This document shows, piece after piece, positions 51,801 through 64,000 of a stretch of DNA of 64,000 nucleotides. The translations under genes were made by a program, and so were the position numbers. Numbering within the stretch: position 1 is the first letter of the stretch; each line of letters begins with the position of its first letter. The notes under the pieces were generated by a model. It ran no database searches. It saw nothing but the letters and a program-made list of their open reading frames with translations, and was not told the DNA's origin. Origin of the DNA: Balanoglossus misakiensis (taxonomy: Eukaryota; Animalia; Hemichordata); NCBI GenBank assembly GCA_040954595.2, contig CM082593.2, positions 2,807,434 to 2,871,433 on the forward strand. Direction: 5' to 3'.

Positions 51801-54800
51801 TGAGAATTTTTCGACTTTGCGGAATTTCAAAATTTGGCCGATTTTTGAAAAAACCATGGGTTATAGCTCAGGAAAATCATCAAAAAATGAGAATTTTTCG
51901 ACTTTGCGGAATTCCAAAATTTGGCCGATTTTTGAAAAAACCATGGGTTATAGCTCAGGAAAATCATCAAAAAATGAGAATTTTTCGACTTTGCGGAATT
52001 TCAAAATTTGGCCGATTTTTGAAAAAACCATGGGTTATAGCTCAGGAAAATCATCAAAAAATGAGAATTTTTCGACTTTGCGGAATTTCAAAATTTGGCC
52101 GATTTTTGAAAAAACCATGGGTTATAGCTCAGGAAAATCATCAAAAAATGAGAATTTTTCGACTTTGCGGAATTTCAAAATTTGGCCGATTTTTGAAAAA
52201 ACCATGGGTTATAGCTCAGGAAAATCATCAAAAAATGAGAATTTTTCGACTTTGCGGAATTTCAAAATTTGGCCGATTTTTGAAAAAACCATGGGTTATA
52301 GCTCAGGAAAATCATCAAAAAATGAGAATTTTTCGACTTTACGGAATTTAAAAATTTGGCCGATTTTTGAAAAAACCATGGGTTATAGCTCAGGAAAATC
52401 ATCAAAAAATGAGAATTTTTCGACTTTGCGGAATTTCAAAATTTGGCCGATTTTTGAAAAAACCATGGGTTATAGCTCAGGAAAATCATCAAAAAATGAG
52501 AATTTTTCGACTTTGCGGAATTTCAAAATTTGGCCGATTTTTGAAAAAACCATGGGTTATAGCTCAGGAAAATCATCAAAAAATGAGAATTTTTCGACTT
52601 TGCGGAATTTCAAAATTTGGCCGATTTTTGAAAAAACCATGGGTTATAGCTCAGGAAAATCATCAAAAAATGAGAATTTTTCAACTTTGCGGAATTTCAA
52701 AATTTGGCCGATTTTTGAAAAAACCATGGGTTATAGCTCAGGAAAATCATCAAAAAATGAGAATTTTTCGACTTTGCGGAATTCCAAAATTTGGCCGATT
52801 TTTGAAAAAACCATGGGTTATAGCTCAGGAAAATCATCAAAAAATGAGAATTTTTCGACTTTGCGGAATTTCAAAATTTGGCCGTTTTTTGAAAAAACCA
52901 TGGGTTATAGCTCAGGAAAATCATCAAAAAATGAGAATTTTTCGACTTTGCGGAATTTCAAAATTTGGCCGATTTTTGAAAAAACCATGGGTTATAGCTC
53001 AGGAAAATCATCAAAAAATGAGAATTTTTCGACTTTGCGGAATTTCAAAATTTGGCCGATTTTTGAAAAAACCATGGGTTATAGCTCAGGAAAATCATCA
53101 AAAAATGAGAATTTTTCGACTTTGCGGAATTTCAAAATTTGGCCGATTTTTGAAAAAACCATGGGTTATAGCTCAGGAAAATCATCAAAAAATGAGAATT
53201 TTTCGACTTTGCGGAATTTCAAAATTTGGCCGATTTTTGAAAAAACCATGGGTTATAGCTCAGGAAAATCATCAAAAAATGAGAATTTTTCGACTTTGCG
53301 GAATTTCAAAATTTGGCCGATTTTTGAAAAAACCATGGGTTATAGCTCAGGAAAATCATCAAAAAATGAGAATTTTTCGACTTTGCGGAATTTCAAAATT
53401 TGGCCGATTTTTGAAAAAACCATGGGTTATAGCTCAGGAAAATCATCAAAAAATGAGAATTTTTCAACTTTGCGGAATTTCAAAATTTGGCCGATTTTTG
53501 AAAAAACCATGGGTTATAGCTCAGGAAAATCATCAAAAAATGAGAATTTTTCGACTTTGCGGAATTCCAAAATTTGGCCGATTTTTGAAAAAACCATGGG
53601 TTATAGCTCAGGAAAATCATCAAAAAATGAGAATTTTTCGACTTTGCGGAATTCCAAAATTTGGCCGATTTTTGAAAAAACCATGGGTTATAGCTCAGGA
53701 AAATCATCAAAAAATGAGAATTTTTCGACTCTGCGGAATTTCAAAATTTGGCCGATTTTTAAAAAAACCATGGGTTATAGCTCAGGAAAATCATCAAAAA
53801 ATGAGAATTTTTCGACTTTGCGGAATTCCAAAATTTGGCCGATTTTTGAAAAAACCATGGGTTATAGCTCAGGAAAATCATCAAAAAATGAGAATTTTTC
53901 GACTTTGCGGAATTTCAAAATTTGGCCGTTTTTTGAAAAAACCATGGGTTATAGCTCAGGAAAATCATCAAAAAATGAGAATTTTTCGACTTTGCGGAAT
54001 TTCAAAATTTGGCCGATTTTTGAAAAAACCATGGGTTATAGCTCAGGAAAATCATCAAAAAATGAGAATTTTTCGACTTTGCGGAATTTCAAAATTTGGC
54101 CGATTTTTGAAAAAACCATGGGTTATAGCTCAGGAAAATCATCAAAAAATGAGAATTTTTCGACTTTGCGGAATTTCAAAATTTGGCCGATTTTTGAAAA
54201 AACCATGGGTTATAGCTCAGGAAAATCATCAAAAAATGAGAATTTTTCGACTTTGCGGAATTTCAAAATTTGGCCGATTTTTGAAAAAACCATGGGTTAT
54301 AGCTCAGGAAAATCATCAAAAAATGAGAATTTTTCGACTTTGCGGAATTCCAAAATTTGGCCGATTTTTGAAAAATCCATGGGTTATAGCTCAGGAAAAT
54401 CATCAAAAAATGAGAATTTTTCGACTTTGCGGAATTTCAAAATTTGGCCGATTTTTGAAAAAACCATGGGTTATAGCTCAGGAAAATCATCAAAAAATGA
54501 GAATTTTTCGACTTTGCGGAATTCCAAAATTTGGCCGATTTTTGAAAAAACCATGGGTTATAGCTCAGGAAAATCATCAAAAAATGAGAATTTTTCGACT
54601 TTGCGGAATTCCAAAATTTGGCCGATTTTTGAAAAAACCATGGGTTATAGCTCAGGAAAATCATCAAAAAATTAGAATTTTTCGACTCTGCGGAATTTCA
54701 AAATTTGGCCGATTTTTGAAAAAACCATGGGTTATAGCTCAGGAAAATCATCAAAAAATGAGAATTTTTCGACTCTGCGGAATTCCAAAATTTGGCCGAT

Positions 54801-57800
54801 TTTTAAAAAAACCATGGGTTATAGCTCAGGAAAATCATCAAAAAATGAGAATTTTTCGACTCTGCGGAATTCCAAAATTTGGCCGATTTTTAAAAAAACC
54901 ATGGGTTATAGCTCAGGAAAATCATCAAAAAATGAGAATTTTTCGACTCTGCGGAATTCCAAAATTTGGCCGATTTTTGAAAAAACCATGGGTTATAGCT
55001 CAGGAAAATCATCAAAAAATGAGAATTTTTCGACTTTACGGAATTTAAAAATTTGGCCGATTTTTGAAAAAACCATGGGTTATAGCTCAGGAAAATCATC
55101 AAAAAATGAGAATTTTTCGACTTTGCGGAATTTCAAAATTTGGCCGATTTTTGAAAAAACCATGGGTTATAGCTCAGGAAAATCATCAAAAAATGAGAAT
55201 TTTTCGACTTTGCGGAATTTCAAAATTTGGCCGATTTTTGAAAAAACCATGGGTTATAGCTCAGGAAAATCATCAAAAAATGAGAATTTTTCGACTTTGC
55301 GGAATTTCAAAATTTGGCCGATTTTTGAAAAAACCATGGGTTATAGCTCAGGAAAATCATCAAAAAATGAGAATTTTTCAACTTTGCGGAATTTCAAAAT
55401 TTGGCCGATTTTTGAAAAAACCATGGGTTATAGCTCAGGAAAATCATCAAAAAATGAGAATTTTTCGACTTTGCGGAATTCCAAAATTTGGCCGATTTTT
55501 GAAAAAACCATGGGTTATAGCTCAGGAAAATCATCAAAAAATGAGAATTTTTCGACTTTGCGGAATTTCAAAATTTGGCCGTTTTTTGAAAAAACCATGG
55601 GTTATAGCTCAGGAAAATCATCAAAAAATGAGAATTTTTCGACTTTGCGGAATTTCAAAATTTGGCCGATTTTTGAAAAAACCATGGGTTATAGCTCAGG
55701 AAAATCATCAAAAAATGAGAATTTTTCGACTTTGCGGAATTTCAAAATTTGGCCGATTTTTGAAAAAACCATGGGTTATAGCTCAGGAAAATCATCAAAA
55801 AATGAGAATTTTTCGACTTTGCGGAATTTCAAAATTTGGCCGATTTTTGAAAAAACCATGGGTTATAGCTCAGGAAAATCATCAAAAAATGAGAATTTTT
55901 CGACTTTGCGGAATTTCAAAATTTGGCCGATTTTTGAAAAAACCATGGGTTATAGCTCAGGAAAATCATCAAAAAATGAGAATTTTTCGACTTTGCGGAA
56001 TTTCAAAATTTGGCCGATTTTTGAAAAAACCATGGGTTATAGCTCAGGAAAATCATCAAAAAATGAGAATTTTTCGACTTTGCGGAATTTCAAAATTTGG
56101 CCGATTTTTGAAAAAACCATGGGTTATAGCTCAGGAAAATCATCAAAAAATGAGAATTTTTCAACTTTGCGGAATTTCAAAATTTGGCCGATTTTTGAAA
56201 AAACCATGGGTTATAGCTCAGGAAAATCATCAAAAAATGAGAATTTTTCGACTTTGCGGAATTCCAAAATTTGGCCGATTTTTGAAAAAACCATGGGTTA
56301 TAGCTCAGGAAAATCATCAAAAAATGAGAATTTTTCGACTTTGCGGAATTCCAAAATTTGGCCGATTTTTGAAAAAACCATGGGTTATAGCTCAGGAAAA
56401 TCATCAAAAAATGAGAATTTTTCGACTCTGCGGAATTTCAAAATTTGGCCGATTTTTAAAAAAACCATGGGTTATAGCTCAGGAAAATCATCAAAAAATG
56501 AGAATTTTTCGACTTTGCGGAATTCCAAAATTTGGCCGATTTTTGAAAAAACCATGGGTTATAGCTCAGGAAAATCATCAAAAAATGAGAATTTTTCGAC
56601 TTTGCGGAATTTCAAAATTTGGCCGTTTTTTGAAAAAACCATGGGTTATAGCTCAGGAAAATCATCAAAAAATGAGAATTTTTCGACTTTGCGGAATTTC
56701 AAAATTTGGCCGATTTTTGAAAAAACCATGGGTTATAGCTCAGGAAAATCATCAAAAAATGAGAATTTTTCGACTTTGCGGAATTTCAAAATTTGGCCGA
56801 TTTTTGAAAAAACCATGGGTTATAGCTCAGGAAAATCATCAAAAAATGAGAATTTTTCGACTTTGCGGAATTTCAAAATTTGGCCGATTTTTGAAAAAAC
56901 CATGGGTTATAGCTCAGGAAAATCATCAAAAAATGAGAATTTTTCGACTTTGCGGAATTTCAAAATTTGGCCGATTTTTGAAAAAACCATGGGTTATAGC
57001 TCAGGAAAATCATCAAAAAATGAGAATTTTTCGACTTTGCGGAATTCCAAAATTTGGCCGATTTTTGAAAAATCCATGGGTTATAGCTCAGGAAAATCAT
57101 CAAAAAATGAGAATTTTTCGACTTTGCGGAATTTCAAAATTTGGCCGATTTTTGAAAAAACCATGGGTTATAGCTCAGGAAAATCATCAAAAAATGAGAA
57201 TTTTTCGACTTTGCGGAATTCCAAAATTTGGCCGATTTTTGAAAAAACCATGGGTTATAGCTCAGGAAAATCATCAAAAAATGAGAATTTTTCGACTTTG
57301 CGGAATTCCAAAATTTGGCCGATTTTTGAAAAAACCATGGGTTATAGCTCAGGAAAATCATCAAAAAATTAGAATTTTTCGACTCTGCGGAATTTCAAAA
57401 TTTGGCCGATTTTTGAAAAAACCATGGGTTATAGCTCAGGAAAATCATCAAAAAATGAGAATTTTTCGACTCTGCGGAATTCCAAAATTTGGCCGATTTT
57501 TAAAAAAACCATGGGTTATAGCTCAGGAAAATCATCAAAAAATGAGAATTTTTCGACTCTGCGGAATTCCAAAATTTGGCCGATTTTTAAAAAAACCATG
57601 GGTTATAGCTCAGGAAAATCATCAAAAAATGAGAATTTTTCGACTCTGCGGAATTCCAAAATTTGGCCGATTTTTGAAAAAACCATGGGTTATAGCTCAG
57701 GAAAATCATCAAAAAATGAGAATTTTTCGACTTTGCGGAATTTCAAAATTTGGCCGATTTTTGAAAAAACCATGGGTTATAGCTCAGGAAAATCATCAAA

Positions 57801-60800
57801 AAATGAGAATTTTTCGACTTTGCGGAATTTCAAAATTTGGCCGATTTTTGAAAAAACCATGGGTTATAGCTCAGGAAAATCATCAAAAAATGAGAATTTT
57901 TCGACTTTGCGAAATATCAAAATTTGGCCGATTTTTGAAAAAACCATGGGTTATAGCTCAGGAAAATCATCAAAAAATGAGAATTTTTCGACTTTGCGGA
58001 ATTCCAAAATTTGGCCGATTTTTGAAAAATCCATGGGTTATAGCTCAGGAAAATCATCAAAAAATGAGAATTTTTCGACTTTGCGGAATTTCAAAATTTG
58101 GCCGATTTTTGAAAAAACCATGGGTTATAGCTCAGGAAAATCATCAAAAAATGAGAATTTTTCGACTTTGCGGAATTTCAAAATTTGGCCGATTTTTGAA
58201 AAAAACCATGGGTTATAGCTCAGGAAAATCATCAAAAAATGAGAATTTTTCGACTTTGCGGAATTTCAAAATTTGGCCGATTTTTGAAAAAACCATGGGT
58301 TATAGCTCAGGAAAATCATCAAAAAATGAGAATTTTTCGACTTTGCGGAATTTCAAAATTTGGCCGATTTTTGAAAAAAACCATGGGTTATAGCTCAGGA
58401 AAATCATCAAAAAATGAGAATTTTTCGACTTTGCGGAATTTCAAAATTTGGCCGATTTTTGAAAAAACCATGGGTTATAGCTCAGGAAAATCATCAAAAA
58501 ATGAGAATTTTTCGACTTTGCGGAAATTCAAAATTTGGCCGATTTTTGAAAAAACCATGGGTTATAGCTCAGGAAAATCATCAAAAAATGAAAATTTTTG
58601 AAAATTTGCGGAATTTCAAAATTTGGCCGATTTTTGAAAAAACCATGGGTTATAGCTCAGGAAAATCATCAAAAAATGAGAATTTTTCGACTTTGCGGAA
58701 TTTCAAAATTTGGCCGATTTTTGAAAAAACCATGGGTTATAGCTCAGGAAAATCATCAAAAAATGAGAATTTTTCGACTTTGCGGAATTTCAAAATTTGG
58801 CCGATTTTTGAAAAAACCATGGGTTATAGCTCAGGAAAATCATCAAAAAATGAGAATTTTTCGACTTTGCGGAATTTCAAAATTTGGCCGATTTTTGAAA
58901 AAACCATGGGTTATAGCTCAGGAAAATCATCAAAAAATGAGAATTTTTCGACTTTGCGGAATTTCAAAATTTGGCCGATTTTTGAAAACACCATGGGTTA
59001 TAGCTCAGGAAAATCATCAAAAAATGAGAATTTTTCGACTTTGCGGAATTTCAAAATTTGGCCGATTTTTGAAAAAACCATGGGTCTCTCAGGAAAATCA
59101 TCAAAAAATGAGAATTTTTCGACTTTGCGGAATTTCAAAATTTGGCCGATTTTTGAAAAAACCATGGGTTATAGCTCAGGAAAATCATCAAAAAATGAGA
59201 ATTTTTCGACTTTGCGGAATTTCAAAATTTGGCCGATTTTTGAAAAAACCATGGGTTATAGCTCAGGAAAATCATCAAAAAATGAGAATTTTTCGACTTT
59301 GCGGAATTTCAAAATTTGGCCGATTTTTGAAAAAACCATGGGTTATAGCTCAGGAAAATCATCAAAAAATGAGAATTTTTCGACTTTGCGGAATTTCAAA
59401 ATTTGGCCGATTTTTGAAAAAACCATGGGTTATAGCTCAGGAAAATCATCAAAAAATGAGAATTTTTCGACTTTGCGGAATTTCAAAATTTGGCCGATTT
59501 TTGAAAAAACCATGGGTTATAGCTCAGGAAAATCATCAAAAAATGAGAATTTTTCGACTCTGCGGAATTTCAAAATTTGGCCGATTTTTGAAAAAAACCA
59601 TGGGTTATAGCTCAGGAAAATCATCAAAAAATGAGAATTTTTCGACTTTGCGGAATTTCAAAATTTGGCCGATTTTTGAAAAAAACCATGGGTTATAGCT
59701 CAGGAAAATCATCAAAAAATGAGAATTTTTCGACTTTGCGGAATTTCAAAATTTGGCCGATTTTTGAAAAAAACCATGGGTTATAGCTCAGGAAAATCAT
59801 CAAAAAATGAGAATTTTTCGACTTTGCGGAATTTCAAAATTTGGCCGATTTTTGAAAAAAACCATGGGTTTAGCTCAGGAAAATCATCAAAAAATGAGAA
59901 TTTTTCGACTTTGCGGAATTTCAAAATTTGGCCGATTTTTGAAAAAACCATGGGTTATAGCTCAGGAAAATCATCAAAAAATGAGAATTTTTCGACTTTG
60001 CGGAATTTCAAAATTTGGCCGATTTTTGAAAAAACCATGGGTTATAGCTCAGGAAAATCATCAAAAAATGAGAATTTTTCGACTTTGCGGAATTTCAAAA
60101 TTTGGCCGATTTTTGAAAAAACCATGGGTTATAGCTCAGGAAAATCATCAAAAAATGAGAATTTTTCGACTTTGCGGAATTTCAAAATTTGGCCGATTTT
60201 TGAAAAAACCATGGGTTATAGCTCAGGAAAATCATCAAAAAATGAGAATTTTTCGACTTTGCGGAATTTCAAAATTTGGCCGATTTTTGAAAAAACCATG
60301 GGTTATAGCTCAGGAAAATCATCAAAAAATGAGAATTTTTCGACTCTGCGGAATTTCAAAATTTGGCCGATTTTTGAAAAAACCATGGGTTATAGCTCAG
60401 GAAAATCATCAAAAAATGAGAATTTTTCGACTCTGCGGAATTTCAAAATTTGGCCGATTTTTGAAAAAAACCATGGGTTATAGCTCAGGAAAATCATCAA
60501 AAAATGAGAATTTTTCGACTTTGCGGAATTTCAAAATTTGGCCGATTTTTGAAAAAAACCATGGGTTATAGCTCAGGAAAATCATCAAAAAATGAGAATT
60601 TTTCGACTTTGCGGAATTTCAAAATTTGGCCGATTTTTGAAAAAACCATGGGTTATAGCTCAGGAAAATCATCAAAAAATGAGAATTTTTCGACTTTGCG
60701 GAATTTCAAAATTTGGCCGATTTTTGAAAAAACCATGGGTTATAGCTCAGGAAAATCATCAAAAAATGAGAATTTTTCGACTTTGCGGAATTTCAAAATT

Positions 60801-63800
60801 TGGCCGATTTTTGAAAAAACCATGGGTTATAGCTCAGGAAAATCATCAAAAAATGAGAATTTTTCGACTTTGCGGAATTTCAAAATTTGGCCGATTTTTG
60901 AAAAAACCATGGGTTATAGCTCAGGAAAATCATCAAAAAATGAGAATTTTTCGACTTTGCGGTATTTCAAAATTTGGCCGATTTTTGAAAAAACCATGGG
61001 TTATAGCTCAGGAAAATCATCAAAAAATGAGAATTTTTCGACTTTGCGGAATTTCAAAATTTGGCCGATTTTTGAAAAAAACCATGGGTTATAGCTCAGG
61101 AAAATCATCAAAAAATGAGAATTTTTCGACTTTGCGGAAATTCAAAATTTGGCCGATTTTTGAAAAAACCATGGGTTATAGCTCAGGAAAATCATCAAAA
61201 AATGAGAATTTTTCGACTTTGCGGAATTTCAAAATTTGGCCGATTTTTGAAAAAACCATGGGTTATAGCTCAGGAAAATCATCAAAAAATGAGAATTTTT
61301 CGACTTTGCGGAATTTCAAAATTTGGCCGATTTTTGAAAAAACCATGGGTTATAGCTCAGGAAAATCATCAAAAAATGAGAATTTTTCGACTTTGCGGAA
61401 TTTCAAAATTTGGCCGATTTTTGAAAAAACCATGGGTTATAGCTCAGGAAAATCATCAAAAAATGAGAATTTTTCGACTTTGCGGAATTTCAACATTTGG
61501 CCGATTTTTGAAAAAACCATGGGTTATAGCTCAGGAAAATCATCAAAAAATGAGAATTTTTCGACTTTGCGGAATTTCAAAATTTGGCCGATTTTTGAAA
61601 AAAACCATGGGTTATAGCTCAGGAAAATCATCAAAAAATACGAATTTTTCGACTTTGCGGAATTTCAAAATTTGGCCGATTTTTGAAAAAACCATGGGTT
61701 ATAGCTCAGGAAAATCATCAAAAATTGAGAATTTTTCGACTTTGCGGAATTTCAAAATTTGGCCGATTTTTGAAAAAACCATGGGTTATAGCTCAGGAAA
61801 ATCATCAAAAAATGAGAATTTTTCGACTTTGCGGAATTTCAAAATTTGGCCGATTTTTGAAAAAACCATGGGTTATAGCTCAGGAAAATCATCGAAAAAT
61901 GAGAATTTTTCGACTTTGCGGAATTTCAAAATTTGGCCGATTTTTGAAAAAAGCATGGGTTATAGCTCAGGAAAATCATCAAAAAATGAGAATTTTTCGA
62001 CTTTGCGGAATTTCAAAATTTGGCCGATTTTTGAAAAAACCATGGGTTATAGCTCAGGAAAATCATCAAAAAATGAGAATTTTTCGACTTTGCGGAATTT
62101 CAAAATTTGGTCGATTTTTGAAAAAACCATGGGTTATAGCTCAGGAAAATCATCAAAAAATGAGAATTTTTCGACTTTGCGGAATTTCAAAATTTGGCCG
62201 ATTTTTGAAAAAACCATGGGTTATAGCTCAGGAAAATCATCAAAAAATGAGAATTTTTCGACTTTGCGGTATTTCAAAATTTGGCCGATTTTTGAAAAAA
62301 CCATGGGTTATAGCTCAGGAAAATCATCAAAAAATGAGAATTTTTCGACTTTGCGGAATTTCAAAATTTGGCCGATTTTTGAAAAAAGCATGGGTTATAG
62401 CTCAGGAAAATCATCAAAAAATGAGAATTTTTCGACTTTGCGGAATTTCAAAATTTGGCCGATTTTTGAAAAAACCATGGGTTATAGCTCAGGAAAATCA
62501 TCAAAAAATGAGAATTTTTCGACTTTGCGGAATTTCAAAATTTGGCCGATTTTTGAAAAAACCATGGGTTATAGCTCAGGAAAATCATCAAAAAATGAGA
62601 ATTTTTCGACTTTGCGGAATTTCAAAATTTGGCCGATTTTTGAAAAAACCATGGGTTATAGCTCAGGAAAATCATCAAAAAATGAGAATTTTTCGACTTT
62701 GCGGAATTTCAAAATTTGGCCGATGTTTGAAAAAACCATGGGTTATAGCTCAGGAAAATCATCAAAAAATGAGAATTTTTCGACTTTGCGGAATTTCAAA
62801 ATTTGGCCGATTTTTGAAAAAACCATGGGTTATAGCTCAGGAAAATCATCAAAAAATGAGAATTTTTCGACTTTGCGGAATTTCAAAATTTGGCCGATTT
62901 TTGAAAAAACCATGGGTTATAGCTCAGGAAAATCATCAAAAAATGAGAATTTTTCGACTTTGCGGAATTTCAAAATTTGGCCGATTTTTGAAAAAACCAT
63001 GGGTTATAGCTCAGGAAAATCATCAAAAAATGAGAATTTTTCGACTTTGCGGAATTTCAAAATTTGGCCGATTTTTGAAAAAACCATGGGTTATAGCTCA
63101 GGAAAATCATCGAAAAATGAGAATTTTTCGACTTTGCGGAATTTCAAAATTTGGCCGATTTTTGAAAAAATCATGGGTTATAGCTCAGGAAAATCATCAA
63201 AAAATGAGAATTTTTCGACTTTGCGGAATTTCAAAATTTGGCCGATTTTTGAAAAAACCATGGGTTATAGCTCAGGAAAATCATCAAAAAATGAGAATTT
63301 TTCGACTTTGCGGAATTTCAAAATTTGGTCGATTTTTGAAAAAACCATGGGTTATAGCTCAGGAAAATCATCAAAAAATGAGAATTTTTCGACTTTGCGG
63401 AATTTCAAAATTTGGCCGATTTTTGAAAAAACCATGGGTTATAGCTCAGGAAAATCATCAAAAAATGAGAATTTTTCGACTTTGCGGTATTTCAAAATTT
63501 GGCCGATTTTTGAAAAAACCATGGGTTATAGCTCAGGAAAATCATCAAAAAATGAGAATTTTTCGACTTTGCGGAATTTCAAAATTTGGCCGATTTTTGA
63601 AAAAAGCATGGGTTATAGCTCAGGAAAATCATCAAAAAATGAGAATTTTTCGACTTTGCGGAATTTCAAAATTTGGTCGATTTTTGAAAAAACCATGGGT
63701 TATAGCTCAGGAAAATCATCAAAAAATGAGAATTTTTCGACTTTGCGGAATTTCAAAATTTGGCCGATTTTTGAAAAAAACATGGGTTATAGCTCAGGAA

Positions 63801-64000
63801 AATCATCAAAAAATGAGAATTTTTCGACTTTGCGGAATTTCAAAATTTGGCCGATTTTTGAAAAAACCATGGGTTATAGCTCAGGAAAATCATCAAAAAA
63901 TGAGAATTTTTCGACTTTGCGGAATTTCAAAATTTGGCCGATTTTTGAAAAAACCATGGGTTATAGCTCAGGAAAATCATCGAAAAATGAGAATTTTTCG
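39812..64000 (+). repeat. 87-bp tandem satellite DNA array (>24 kb, about 278 monomers visible, continues beyond the window)
   Basis: Consensus GAGAATTTTTCGACTTTGCGGAATTTCAAAATTTGGCCGATTTTTGAAAAAACCATGGGTTATAGCTCAGGAAAATCATCAAAAAAT repeated head-to-tail. Most copies have 0-2 differences. The 29-aa periodicity in the ORF track confirms the 87-nt period. Confidence 0.99.

Noticed and set aside
58190-61610. Cluster of A7 instead of A6 runs as a separate satellite subfamily
   Set aside because: Single-base homopolymer changes without clear linked periodicity could be sequencing or consensus error. This cannot be judged without reads.
39652-64000. Very long repetitive ORFs (up to 1915 aa; MGYSSGKSSKNENF.. 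and KKPWVIAQENHQ..)
   Set aside because: The monomer length is a multiple of 3 and two + frames happen to lack stops. The ORFs switch frame freely at A-run indels, so there is no sign of coding constraint.
39812-64000. CRISPR-like repeat array
   Set aside because: There are no unique spacers (the whole 87 bp repeats), no cas genes, and the context is spliceosomal and eukaryotic.

Overview
Animal (intron-containing, invertebrate-deuterostome-like; taxon is an inference) genomic window with two compartments. Bases 1-39.6 kb are euchromatic and hold three + strand spliced genes that I assembled by hand with GT-AG junctions and consistent phases. These are NDNF (3 coding exons, 16994-25827, 558 aa), a MATE/SLC47-family transporter (15 coding exons, 29806-35490, 539 aa) and a PH + PTB-like docking adaptor (6 exons, 35975-39326, about 543 aa). 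From 39812 to the window end there is a very homogeneous 87-bp tandem satellite (about 278 copies visible, running off the end). It contains nested block duplications of 37, 5, 31 and 14 monomers. It is directly preceded by about 2.4 copies of a diverged 87-bp relative in the opposite orientation, which suggests a foldback/TIR-type origin. All long ORFs after 39.6 kb are artefacts of the 87-bp period. There is no CRISPR array, rRNA or convincing tRNA. Bases 1-16.9 kb look non-coding or regulatory.
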